This document shows, piece after piece, positions 40,525 through 52,983 of a stretch of 64,000 nucleotides of DNA. Where the stretch lies: the NCBI GenBank assembly GCA_045837725.1, contig JBEWZL010000013.1:124001-188000 (forward strand), read 5' to 3'. The notes below the pieces were generated by a model, which was not told the origin of the DNA, did no database searches, and was given only the letters and a program-made list of their open reading frames with translations. This stretch comes from Vermamoeba vermiformis. Its lineage: Eukaryota. The translations under genes and the position numbers were made by a program. The number at the start of each line of letters is the position of its first letter. Position 1 is the stretch's first letter.

Positions 40525-41275
40525 ATGAGCTATCAAGACTGGGAACCCTCTGTCATCCGAGCCAAGCCTCAATCTAAGTCACAACAGGTCAAGCAGGCCC
40601 AAAAGCTTGGTCAAGTCGAAACTGTAATGAAATGTAAGTAGCAACTCATTTTGAATATTAGCGCACGTTGTAGCACTAGCTAGAAGGCTAGATTTGATAT
40701 TCTGAACTCATTCCTCATCCTTGCTTTTTAGACAATGCCGGCAAGAACCAACAAAAGCCTAGCAATATTAACGCTAAGAAGATTGAAGAGAACGAAGACG
40801 AAATTGAAAGTAAGTAAATTCAATGAAATGGAAATATTTCTGAATGCGTGACGTGGAGCTGAGCTGTAATTTAAGCAAATTTCTCTCGACTCTCCGACTG
40901 CCTCCAAATTATTAACTATATAATTTTAAAATTATTTACAAATTTTTGACGCATTTTTACGAAGCCCCGCTAGATTTTGAAAAGATGAATAACAAAAAAT
41001 TGTTTTTTAGTCAAGAAAGTCAATCTCTCCCTCTCTCAACGCCTCCAACAAGCCAGACAAGCCAAGGGCTGGACTCAAAAGGAACTAGCAGTGGTAAGCT
41101 TCATGAACACGAATATGACCGTTGCAACTCGTTCACTAACGTGACTCGCGCTTAGCAAATCCAAGAGAAGCCTCAAGTCGTTCAATCCTACGAAGCTGGT
41201 ACCGCTACTCCAAACCAATCTATCATTTCTAAGATGGAGAAGGCATTGGGCGTTAAATTGAGAGGCAAGCAATAA
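40525..41275 (+). CDS. EDF1: Multiprotein bridging factor 1 (MBF1)
   Basis: [66 protein letters not shown]. Confidence 0.97.
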
Positions 41276-41528
41276 GCGCCCTGCTCAGCGGATGCATCCG
41301 AGTTTGGGAATGAACGATAACTACTCGGACCTTCAACTATGCCGTTCTTCTTTATTATACCAACGAACTATTATCAATACATTAAGACAACTATAGCAAA
41401 ATATAGAATGTACGCATAGCAATGTTGTAAATAAATTGTAAATCGTTTTTGTACAAAACAATAATTGACTTGCTTCCTAGATTTAATTGAATTTTTTATT
41501 ACAGTTGTAGTATGTGCATCCCTACAGT

Positions 41529-42293
41529 TTATTTTTGATCGGGAGGAGCGAAGAAAGAGGCACCACTCAGGCCCTTGGGAGGCGTGGTACCGAACAACTT
41601 TTGCAAGTTGGGACGAATAGACATCGAAGCCAGAATGTAAATGAACACCATAGAGCTGTCGGTGTAGTCGGAGCCTAAGTGGTCATATCAATATTGCAGC
41701 TCTAATTAGTTAACTAAGCGCGTGTACGTACCAGGAACACCACGGTGCGAAATGCCTTGAATGATTGACAAGGGCTCGAAAGGCAGCTTAGCAACGGCAC
41801 GTCCATCAAAGCTGCTCGTGCGTTAGACCAATGGGTGGTGATATTGTATGAATAGAACTTACTAGGAGTTCAGGGCAGAGATGAAGGCGAAAGTGAATCC
41901 AATGAAAATGAAGAAATCGGACTTCATCTTCACCATCGTCAAATCTTTGCTAGCGTTGCGCAACTCTGCGTCTACAGTCTTAACTTTCTTGTTTTCTTTG
42001 GCACCGCCTTGCGTCTTCTCTTTCTGCTTTTCCACTGCGTTTATCGATTAATTACAAATAATATTACGAAAATGGTAGAAAAATAGAGAAAAATCAACTT
42101 ACATTTTTTAGTTAACTTGTCGATAGTGGCCTTTAATCTTTTGTAATTTTGAGTTCGATAAATCAACACGTAAGCCATGCCTGGATCATGTTAATAAAAT
42201 ATTGCATACGTCACTAATTCAAGTACCTTCGGCAATGAGCGAGCTGACAAATGATGCCAACAGCACTAAAAATAAATCTTGCAAGTCTATCAT
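41529..42293 (-). CDS. TMCO1: TMCO1 (Oxa1-superfamily ER membrane protein)
   Basis: AEGMAYVLIYRT.NYKRLK..KMKS..FDGRAVAKLPFEP..SHRG.PG.DYTDSSMVFIYILASMSIRPNLQKLFG. Confidence 0.96.
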
Positions 42294-42413
42294 TGTCCTT
42301 CGGTCCTGTAGTCGCTTCGGACTGGTCAAAAAGTTCGTTTTTTTGGTTTGACACGCTTTGACCGTCCAGGTCTTTCTTTATTAAACTTTGTAATGGTGCA
42401 CATATAATATCAA

Positions 42414-45400
42414 ATGTCTCTACTCGAGTTCGTGGAACGCGGAGACGTCGACAACGTGCGTAAGCTCTTGGAGTCGCGATCCTTTGCGAATGTGGATCAG
42501 ACCAACGCAGATGGAGAGACAGTCCTCATGATAGCAGCTCAAAAAGGATTTGCAGAAATAGTTAAATTATTGCTTGCTCATGGCGCTAATTCCACGCTGA
42601 CCACGCCGGTAAGAAAAGCTGATCCACAAATATTATTTCGCGCTCAAATTTTATATTTCCTTGTTCTTATAGGAGCTTATAATTAATATTATCGTGTTTA
42701 AATCAATTTAATAATTGATAAGACCTTCATTTGAAATGGCGACTGAATCTGTCTCATTATTAGGAAGCCGAGGTTAATGCGCTCCACTTTGCATGCGAAG
42801 AGGGTCACGAAGAGGTCGTAGATATATTAACACGCTTACCAGACGAAGGAGGTGCAGGTAATTTACGTTCAAAACCATAAATTTTTAAGATCTTGACCGG
42901 ACTCGATTTTATGACCTTCAATAGCCTTTTTGGACGATAATATCAGACATCAATTATTATTAATAACATTTTGTCTTTCGTACTTGCTTAGTTCGCCAAA
43001 AGAATACGGAGATATCTCGTAATTGCTAAATCGGAGTAATCTAATCTGTATTATTGCAGGAATGGATGTTAATGCTACTACGAGCTATGAATGGACTCCT
43101 GCACACAGTGCTGCAGCACACGGTCAATATAAAAGCTTAGAGATTCTATTAACACGAGGAGCAAGGTACTTAATATTTTAGATCCCTTTACCTCGCCCCT
43201 CTATTGGACCGTTATTAGCGTCAATATATCATTATTAATTCTGTTAAATAATACCTCCAACTTGCATCCGTTAATTTATCGATTTAGACCGGATCACGAA
43301 GACAAAGCTAAACGAACACCGTTAAATTATGCAGCGAAGCACGGTCATACTGAAGCAGTAAAGCGTCTTATTCAAGCAGGTGCGCGAGTCAATCACCAAG
43401 ATGCGCTGCTTCAAACACCATTACACAAGGCCGCATCTGTCGGTTCGCTTGATACAATCAAAGTGCTCGTTGCTGCTGATGCAGATATCAATTTAGTCGA
43501 CAAAGATGAGTGTACAGGTATGTTAAACTGTATGATTCACTACGCCAAATTTCGAATAATCCAATTTTCCAAGCGTTTGATCTCGCTGACTCGTTGAGTC
43601 ACGCGTCAACAGCCTTGTATTTGTGGCTTCAAGGAACACAAACCAAGTCTATAAAAGGTGCAGGTAAGCAACTGACAAAAGCAGTTATTGTATTCCAAAG
43701 AAATCACCGAGTTATTTACCCGGATCTATTTAGGAATGGCAAGTTACAAATGGTCCAGACCACTTATGGTTGGCAGTAAGTCACAACATTGGATTTTAAC
43801 GGCACTATCTTGATCAAATTCTAATCTTTACATCGTTTTTAGGCCCTTCACCTCGTTACGACGCAGCTTTGTGTGCTTGTGGATCAAACATTTTATTGTA
43901 TGGAGGCTACGGAACATCTTCTTATAATAGAAACACTTCAATGGATCGTCGCGACCTTGCTGATATGTATATTCTCGATACAAGTAAGTTACATGCTCAA
44001 CTTACAATTTAAATCCTTTGGGCGCCAAATCCGCGGCTTAATGACGAACTTATTCTTTTTAGAAAAAATCAGCAGCGGACATTGTTTAAGAATTCACGAG
44101 CGATCAAAAGCTGTCAAAGGATTAAGCAAAACAAAGAAATCAAAATTATTGAGAGTTGAAGATGACGGCTATACGGTTGTATATATTCCTACTGAAGCTA
44201 ATTGCCCCGTTGGCGTAAGTACTCATTAATACTATCATTAGTACCAAATAAATATGCTAATAATTTACAGACCGTTCTTGGCGACGGAGTTTTCAAGCTC
44301 GAGGAAGGAGTGACTTGCGCGTACTTTGAAGTAACAATAGTCGATGCTGGACTCAAAGGGTAGTTAAAATATTAATATAGTTGGCAGTGTTCATCTATCT
44401 AACGTTGCGATTGCAGTTATATTGGCGTTGGTTTTGTAGACGAACATTACAAATTTGACCGCCAACCCGGCTGGGATCCAGAGTATGTAATATTTTTAAA
44501 TGAGTAATCAATGCTTATACTTGCATTTAGATCATATGGTTATCATGGTGACGATGGACAAGTAAGAAAATTAGATAGAATTAATGTTTCGAGTGATTTG
44601 ACACGCGTGTTAGGTGTATCATAGTGAAGGCGCAGGCTGTCCTTGGGGCCCTCTTTATACAACCGTATGTAATAGATGTGCATATGGGTCTCGAGCATAG
44701 TATTAATAAGCGATCTAGGGCGATATTGTCGGTTGTGGTGTTAACTTTTTGACCGGTGAAGTGTTCTTCACGAAAAACGGTCAATTCTTAGGCGTCTGCT
44801 TTAAAGGTACGAATTATTCTATAAATGCTATATATACTCACTAATGGTATTATAGGCGCGAAGGATTTAGAGTTGATTCCTGCTGTTGGAATGCACAGCC
44901 CTGGTGAAAAAGTTTACCTCAATTTTGGTCAAAAACCATTTGCATTCTCATTCGAGACAGGTATATTATCTTAATAGTATTATTACGGACATTAAACTCA
45001 CTACTTTTGTTCAGAAATCTACACTTGGCGTCGAATTAACTCAGTGGGCATTCCAATGCGAGCACCGCAATTGGTGCCATTGAGCGACCACGAAGCTTTG
45101 TTGCTCGAATGTGGCCCGTTCACTTCTGAAGTATACAAACTCGACTTGCGTAAGAACACTCATTATATGGCTGCTAAGTTTGTACTAACATTTTACAAGA
45201 AAAATTATGTTGGGACAAGATCGCGGTCACGGGCATTCATCCTGCTTATTTGGAAGCCTCATTGCATAAGATAGGTACGTACTATAGTTAGTATAATGGC
45301 TTTCAAGTTAACGATTTGTATTTAGATGACAGAATTTACGTCATTGCTCCCGATAGACTGTACTACTTGGATCTGAATCAGTATCAATGGCACCAGATAG

Positions 45401-47725
45401 TCGGCTTACCTAACGCTCCTAGCCCTCGGTATGCGTTATTTAATACACTAGGTCTCAGTGTTACTAATGGAGAATCATTAGCGTCAAGTTCTCAAGTTGC
45501 GTGATTGGCAAGCGGATCTATGTTTGGGGCGGTGAGAAAGAACAGCCGCAAGTGTTCAATCGAAAGACAACACCGATCGTATTGACAGACTACTTTTATT
45601 TCGACACTGGTTCGTACTATTATATCACGATCCTATTGAGCTTAATTGAACTTTTGCTCGTGCAGAGAAATCAGAGTGGGTTGAAGTCGTTGTTGAAGGT
45701 CAAAACTTGGCCACGCACAGTTTGTACTCGATTCAAACGATCAACAACAAGGCACTCGTGTTTGGAGGCTGGGGTATGGAAATGACGTCACAACACATAA
45801 CAATTAATATTAATTGCTTATATGTCGTATTGTAGACGGCAACAAGCAGCACAATGAAGTTTGGATGCTCGAGCCGATCAACTCCGAAGGCACGAGACTG
45901 CGGTGGTTCAAGCCACACATCACTGGCACAGTACGTAAAACAACTCTTCATGCGATTTAGTTCCTAACTTGGCGTAGATTCCTCGGCCGAGAAACAATCA
46001 TGCAGCTGGTGTAGTCGGCAATAAGATCTTTTATTGCGGTGGCTGGGGTGGAAAAACATTCTTGTTTGACATTGACGTGCTCGATCTAGGTACGTAGAGC
46101 AGTATGTTGACAGCATTGGACCTCACTGACACGTTACACTAGACACGCAAGCTGTCAAGGACAATCGATCGCTCGAGTACTGCTTCAATAATTCTACTTT
46201 GTGGGATATTGAAGTGCTCGTGGGAGGAAGAAAAATATTCGCAAACAAAGCGGTGTTGAGTGCTCGGTCGTCTGTTTTCCGAGAACTTTTGGACCCTCAA
46301 TTAGCACAAAAAGTCAAAGCGGAACAATTGAATGCCAATAATACCAATACAAATAAGAACGGTCCATTGCACTTTGACAACGTCAACTTGCGGTGGTTTT
46401 CACTGAACAATTCCTCGGAGGTCATGCGATCAGCCAAGGACTTCTTGAAGCTCACTGACAATGGCTTCGTGTTGGAAATTTCAGATTTTAGTTACGAGGT
46501 CATTTACTCACTGGTAGGCAACAATCAATAGGGTGTTATGACGTCACTTATATTAATCACTATTGCAGTTGTACTTCATGTACGCCGATCGACTGGACGT
46601 GTCTCGCCTAGACAACCGTGAGCGGTACTTGAACACCGTTAAAGCTGCACATTTGTTCGCGCCAGAACTGGCCCAAAAGATCTCTGAAGAGTTGATCTTG
46701 ACGCGCACGACTGAAGGCAGCTCAATGTTCAAAGACACCGCGATCTACTTCAATTGGGACGTGTTTGCTGATGTCACATTCAGCGTTGAGGTATGACACT
46801 TGACACGTGTCAAATATAGACATCTCTGACACGAGTTCATTTAGGGCCGACCAATCAAAGCGCACAAAGCGATTGTTTGTTCGCGAAGTCCGTTCTTCAG
46901 AGCTCTTTGCATGGGTGGTTTATCTGAAAGCAGACAAGTACGTGAGATATTAATCAACATTACCAAATAAGGCTAAACCTAACTATTTTTTTGCAGAACG
47001 AAATTCCGCTAATGAACATTTCGTACGACGTGTTCAGCATTCTTTTGCAATGTTTGTACGGCGCAGAATTGAACTACGAACAGATCTCAGAGGAGCATTC
47101 GATCATGGACGTCCTTGAGGCCGCGTGTCAATATCAAATCGACAATTTGGTGCGAGACTTGGAGGATATTATTGGCACCAACTTGACGCAGGAGAATGTT
47201 TTATCAATTTTATTGGAGGCTGACAGACACCAAGCCAATCGATTGAAAAAGTATTGTTTGGACGTTATTGCCTCGGACGAAGAAAGTATCGTGAACAGCG
47301 AAGAATACTTGCAAAACAAACAAATGTTCGATTCCATATTAGGAAATTTCTTCGAAGAAGAAAAACAAAACCGCGAACAAAAGAAGCGCGAAGAAGAATG
47401 GACCAAACAAGAAGAACAAATGGTGCAAGAGCAAGGAGACGATGAAGAAATGATTGAGAATGACGACGGAGAATTTAATTTGCCCGAGGGCCTTGCAAAT
47501 ATCTTAGGCGCGCAGGGCCTGCAAATGTTACAAGCTTATTTGAACGGCCAATTGAATCAAGGTGACGTCGACATTGATATTGGCGATGAAGATCCGAATG
47601 ACCCGAATGCCGAACATCACCACGATGAAGATAATATGGACGAGGACGATGATGACGATCAGCCACCGCCACCGCAGCACAATAATTTGCCACCGCCTGG
47701 TGCTGCTAAATGTAACATGCAATAA
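42414..47725 (+). CDS. Ankyrin repeats-Kelch (with inserted SPRY)-BTB-BTB protein with acidic tail and CaaX
   Basis: ANK ([23 protein letters not shown]); Kelch (PSPRY..LYGG, IYVWGG, VFGG, PRNNHA..YCGG); SPRY ([41 protein letters not shown]). Two BTB domains ([36 protein letters not shown]) precede the C-terminal CNMQ. Confidence 0.88.
46801..46812. repeat. Intronic palindrome TGACACGTGTCA, copy 3 (extends to 14 bp, TTGACACGTGTCAA)
   Basis: Read directly; intron 46791-46844 of the ANK-Kelch-BTB gene. Confidence 0.9.
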
Positions 47726-47996
47726 ACAAGTGTTTAACAAGCAACACATCTGTCCCACGAATAAAATTGATAAAAATAGTGCTTTTTCAATGAATCATTG
47801 AATGTAATGTTTAATGTAAAGAAGAATCGGAAGAGACAAACATAACTCTTTTAACTTGCGATGAATGCATTTAGCTGGCAAGTAAATTCATTAGTAAATT
47901 TCGAAATAATTGATTACAAAAGGTAAAGAAGTTTATTTTACATCGATAAAGGAATAGAAGGATTTCACGAAGTACATCCGGCCATTTAGATCCGAC

Positions 47997-49293
47997 TTAT
48001 TTTTGGCCCGGCACTATTGAAATATAAACAAAGTTATCAGGGTGCGACAAATTATTCGCGAGCCACACGAGTGGTGTATTCAATGGCGGTCTAATTCCTT
48101 GGACGACCACCGCACAATCTACAGCAACGTAATTTCCTTTTACGGCAGTCTCCTTGATTAACTCGGGAAATTTCGTTTTCAAAAACGCACCGAGAGTCGT
48201 CTCTTCCCCACTCGCGTCAATAGCCGGCACTGGCTCTTGCGTGAAGGGTCTGTCTTGTCTGCAGACACGCACTGGCACGCTCTTCATTTGGTCTTTGTCC
48301 GCGGTGAGCAACTCGTTTGACTTCCAGAATAGACTGAACCCGTCTAGCGGCACATATTAGTATTTATATGCAGGGATATAGGAAGGCGAGCAAGGGTGTG
48401 GGGTAGATATAAATGGGTTGTATATGATTATAGTGCTATAATAATGGAGCACAAAGGACTTACTGTTAATGAGCCCTTGCCACAAGTTCTCGGATTCTTG
48501 CAGCGACAACGTGTTAATTTTCTTGATGTCTCCGTGCTTCAAATAATTAGCCTATCGTGCGTAGTTAATATACGAAGCATATTATATAATAATTAATAAG
48601 ACGTACTTCTTTAACTGAGTTGTTGAAGTGTGATTGAATGGTTTGGATGTTGGGGCAGCGTAACAGTCGTGCAGTCGGGAAGCCTTGGAAATGTACGATC
48701 AAACTCCAGGGCAGTTCTTCGTTGCCATATAAATCATATAATACACCAACAGGAATGTGCCTGAACGAAGAGCAGATTTAGAATTAAAAATTAATTTTAT
48801 CGAGCTAAATTGAAAATTTGAAGGAAATTAGTCGCTACAATATTATTTGTTACCAATTATGCCAAATAATAGTATTTTTTGAATTGGGTCGGCTTGCATC
48901 CGAAATTTAGAAAATTGAAAAATTGAAATAAATAGTAATACCATTTTAAAGGAATCCTTGAGTCTGTTTCAAACCACATTTCGTCATTAATAGCTGGTAC
49001 TGATGCTTGGAAATATTGTTTAATTGGATCCGTCACCAAGGTGAAGTAAGTACTGCGAGAAATGTTCATCTGCGACCAAAAATTAAGGAGAAATATAATT
49101 CATCGTGTAAATAATATTAATATTCAATATAATGCATAATAAGCATTAAAATATTAATTTTGAAGGATACGAAAAATGGATTTGGTTTTTCTAAGGTGGT
49201 GACTTCGTTGCTCGCCAAATTGAAGACTATGGGGATAGTTCCTTCCCAAATTCTTTTTCTAAATTCACCGTCATTGGCAGCACCTTCGTTCAT
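47997..49293 (-). CDS. ATG5: Autophagy protein 5
   Basis: IWEGTIP..SRSTYF..MWFE..PLKWHIPVGVLYD..PWSLIVHF..VPVRV..VVQGIRPPLNTPLVWLANNLSHPDNFVYI. Confidence 0.97.
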
Positions 49294-49414
49294 ATTTGCA
49301 ACTTGTCTAGTGTTCTGTTGGTTCGTGTTAACAAAATGAAAAGTGAGCCATCCACAACAATTAGCCGTTTCGAGCGAACACCACTAGCGGTCATAATTCA
49401 TTAATGAGTATAAT

Positions 49415-50871
49415 ATGAGCAATACTTTATGGAGAAGAGTTGCAGCAGTCACATGGAACGAGCCCAACCATGCACTGGTATGTTTGTAATCGGATCTCTG
49501 TTACATTGCACTGCTTATTCAAGATATGCTAGTCATAATATATACGATATTAGAGGAAATATTTTTAAACGATATTTTGCATGTTTGCACGAGGCATTTC
49601 GAAGCACATTTCCGATCTCAATTTTTCTGAACCTCGTTAACACTTTAAAATATGTAGGTGTATGCTAAATATGATGTAGATGTTACAGAGCTCGAAATAA
49701 TTCTCAAACAATTATCAGCGCGCTGGGGCATTAAATTGACTTTAACGACGCTGTTATCGTGGGCCTGGGCGAGGTAAATCCTTATAAATAGCATCTAATT
49801 ATTCACAATATAATATTAGAGCGATGGGAGATAATCCGCTAGCCAACGCTATTGTGCGTGACGGAGTTTTGAAGCCTGTAAGTCGGATCTCCTTTGGATC
49901 TTGTTGTACAAGCGCTTATGACTGTTATTCCATAGCTACCATGCATCAAAGCATCATTAGTAGTTTCACTACCCAAATCAGATCAAGTTTGGCCAGTCAC
50001 CATCGAAAAAGCAGATCAGCTCAATTTAGAACAATACGCACAAGCATTAAAACAAAGCGTAATATCCGTAGTAACCTTAATAATGCAGCTTTATATTAAT
50101 TATAGCTATAGGTACATGCGATTAGAGAAAAGAAGGAAAAAGAGCTCGACGATCGACTGCTACCAAAGTTGCTGCCAGTAACTATCTTGAAGTGGTTGTT
50201 AGGGCTATTTACGACACTAAGGACTGATTATGGATTCAATCTCAATTGGATTGGCGTCGAGAACGAGCCTTTTCAAGTATGAACTGCAACCTTAATTGTA
50301 CGGATCTAACAAGTCTTTTACAGCCGTCGAGCTTCACTTGTACAAGTGTCGGAATGTATGATATGGATGACGGTAATAACAATATACTATATTAGTGCTA
50401 TATAATGTTATCTGAAGCTAATTATATCCTACTAGCATTCGCTACGTTTGCTCCGTTTCAACCAGTTCCATTTGTAGTCGCAATAGGCACAGCACGAGTA
50501 CGTATACATAACTAACATTATATGTAGTTATTATATTAATGGTTGTATTGTGCAGTGGAGGCCGTGGGTGATGGAGCAAGGCAGTACGCAACAAATTGTT
50601 CCGCGACGCATTGTACCATTTTGTTTGACCGCTGATCATCGTGTGATCGTATCCTTAATAGTTATCGTATTATTAATATTATATGGACCTCTCTTTTGTT
50701 TTCTTTGACCAGTTGTTTCAGGATGGAAAGTTAGGTAGCTCGTTGTGGGCAGATTTTAAGAAGCATTTGAATCAATTCAGCAAAGAATATGAAGGTCTAA
50801 TAGCGCATAATACGAACACTAATAATAATAACAATAATTATTCACTGCCTGTTGTACAGTCGAAGTTATAA
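49415..50871 (+). CDS. Stand-alone 2-oxoacid dehydrogenase E2-type acyltransferase catalytic domain with PTS1
   Basis: MSNTLWRRVAAVTWNEP..VDVTEL..LTLTTLL..SFTCTSVGMY..VVAIG..FCLTADHRVI|DG (E2 catalytic DHRxxDG). No lipoyl domain is seen; ends VQSKL*. Confidence 0.85.
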
Positions 50872-51228
50872 ATTACCCTAAAATGGAGCCGCTCTTCTCC
50901 CGTTCTGTGTGCTATTTAAGTATTAATTCGTGGAAATACTAGTTATACATCACATATAGTAAAGTAAAAAAGTGCGAATTCAAAACGGTCTGATCGCTGA
51001 ACACGAAAAATTAAACTATGCTAAAAGGCTTAGAACTCAAATAGTAGCCTCCCAAGCGTTGGTGTTTGTGCAAGGAATTTTTCTGGTTGGTCGTGGAAGA
51101 GCAGTCAGACCGAAATTGGAAACGCACATGTTAGGGGTCCCCGTTAGTTCGGTAAGAAATTGAACTGAATTTCATGTTCCAACATTTGCGCAACTGAACA
51201 ACACGGCGGCTAGTACTATTGAGCCAAT

Positions 51229-52935
51229 ATGGAGGAATTTCCGGAAGGATTAAGGAAATATTACGAGGATGTTGAAAAGTACAGCTCTGACGTACGGTTT
51301 GTCTGCATCTAAATTTGAAACTTGATTAATGTAAGTCTTTAGTATGATGGCAGAGTATATAAGTGTGTTCATAAAACCAAGAAGACGATTGTGCTAATTA
51401 AAGAGGTATCTGATTATTTGCGCCAGGCAGAGGCAAAGATGTTTTTTAGAAAATTGTTTATTTGGCTTGATCTGCTCAACCACGAAAATATTTTGCAGCT
51501 ATATTACGTGCACAGAATAGATAATAAGGTTTACCTTGCATATGAACATATGGGTAAGCTTGAACATTAATTTTGCGACGTTTTCCAAATTTAATTTTTT
51601 TTTTATGTTCAGCGTCAGATCTGCACGCCGTAGCACGAGCACAAATACTTCTAGACGTTCATATTAGATACTTTACATATGAAATACTTCGTTTATTCAA
51701 ATATGCGCATTCAGCAGGCTTGATCTTCCGTGACCTTCGGGTAAAGATTATTAGCCTTAATATTTACATATATCCTCCGTATTAATTATGACTAATGTAA
51801 TATAGTCAGTTTTATTTGGGGTGAATGAGGACTGCACGATGAAATTGATGGAATTGAACGACGCTTTTGTTCAAAGCGATATTGCGGGCGACACTGAAAT
51901 TCGCGATCGAGTGATTTCGAATCGATGGTATCGTCCTCCAGAGCATATGGTAGGCACTCCTGAGTAAGTCATACTATTACGAAAGCAATCAACGAATGAT
52001 CAGATCAGATCTGACCGAATCTAATTTTTCATTAGCGAGGAACTTACTCCGGCGTATGATATGTGGGCACTCGGTTGTATTCTAGGAGAAATGCTAGGAA
52101 AAACGCCATTTACTGGCTATTCAACGATGAATCAGATGGAAAGAATCGTCGAATTTGTTGGATTCCCGACTCAACAAGACTTAGAAGACATGAAGTCACC
52201 ATATGTTGCTGCAATAATGGAGGCCGTGGTTGTTCCACAAGTATTTCGAGATTTTAAAGAGATTTATCCTAACGCATCTGAAGATGCGCTCGATCTACTC
52301 AAAAAATTGCTGCAATTCAATCCGAAGAAGAGAATCACTGCGGATGAGGCTTTAAAGCACAAATTCGTCGCACAATTTCACGGATGCATGCCAGAAAACG
52401 AATGCCCAAACAAAATAACTTTTCCGTTTGACGACGCTCAATTCTCCGATAAACAATACACCGAGAAGATATTGCAAGAATTTATTGCAAAATTAACGCT
52501 AAAAGTACACGAGCCATTAACGTCTACACTGATATTAGCGCACAACATTGCACGCAGTTCAGAGGCCCTCGCATTGCTACCCATTGAAATATGGCTGTTG
52601 ATATTCAAAATGATGGACGGACCAGCACAGTCCGACGACAAAATTGGATTGCACGAGAAGACAGCTGCGCAAGTGTTCAATCATTATTTTAGAACTGGAC
52701 GGAAAGTAAGATACAATCAGCCAGGCGTCAATAATGACAGCGAATGAAAAAGGCAAATGTGACTGCCGAATATCAAGAACGTAGCTACTGGAAGAAAGTG
52801 CCGCTACGGCCACTTATCAAGTCACAAGGAGACTCGTACACATTCAAAATTGTTGGCATGCAATACGATCCTTCGGCGACTGTTGCTTCATTAGCAGGAC
52901 CACAGCACTTTCTAACATTATACCCCGACATGTAA
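51229..52935 (+). CDS. ERK7/MAPK15 (ErkB)-like pseudokinase with C-terminal extension
   Basis: SDLHAVARAQILLDVH, RWYRPPE, DMWALGCILGEML, GYSTMNQMERI, ALDLLKKLLQFNPKKRITADEAL..QFH, with degenerate catalytic motifs. A 35-nt intron (52706-52740) joins ORF 52744-52935 in frame. Confidence 0.85.
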
Positions 52936-52983
52936 TCGATGATGCATAGATGGAACTCCAACCAAAACAGCATTAAGATCTAT

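Noticed and set aside
50818-50840. AAT microsatellite
   Set aside because: Encodes a short poly-Asn spacer before SKL; not an independent element.
52744-52935. ATGA-overlapping ORF resembling bacterial translational coupling
   Set aside because: Better explained as the last exon of the MAPK-like gene through a 35-nt GT-AG intron (52706-52740).
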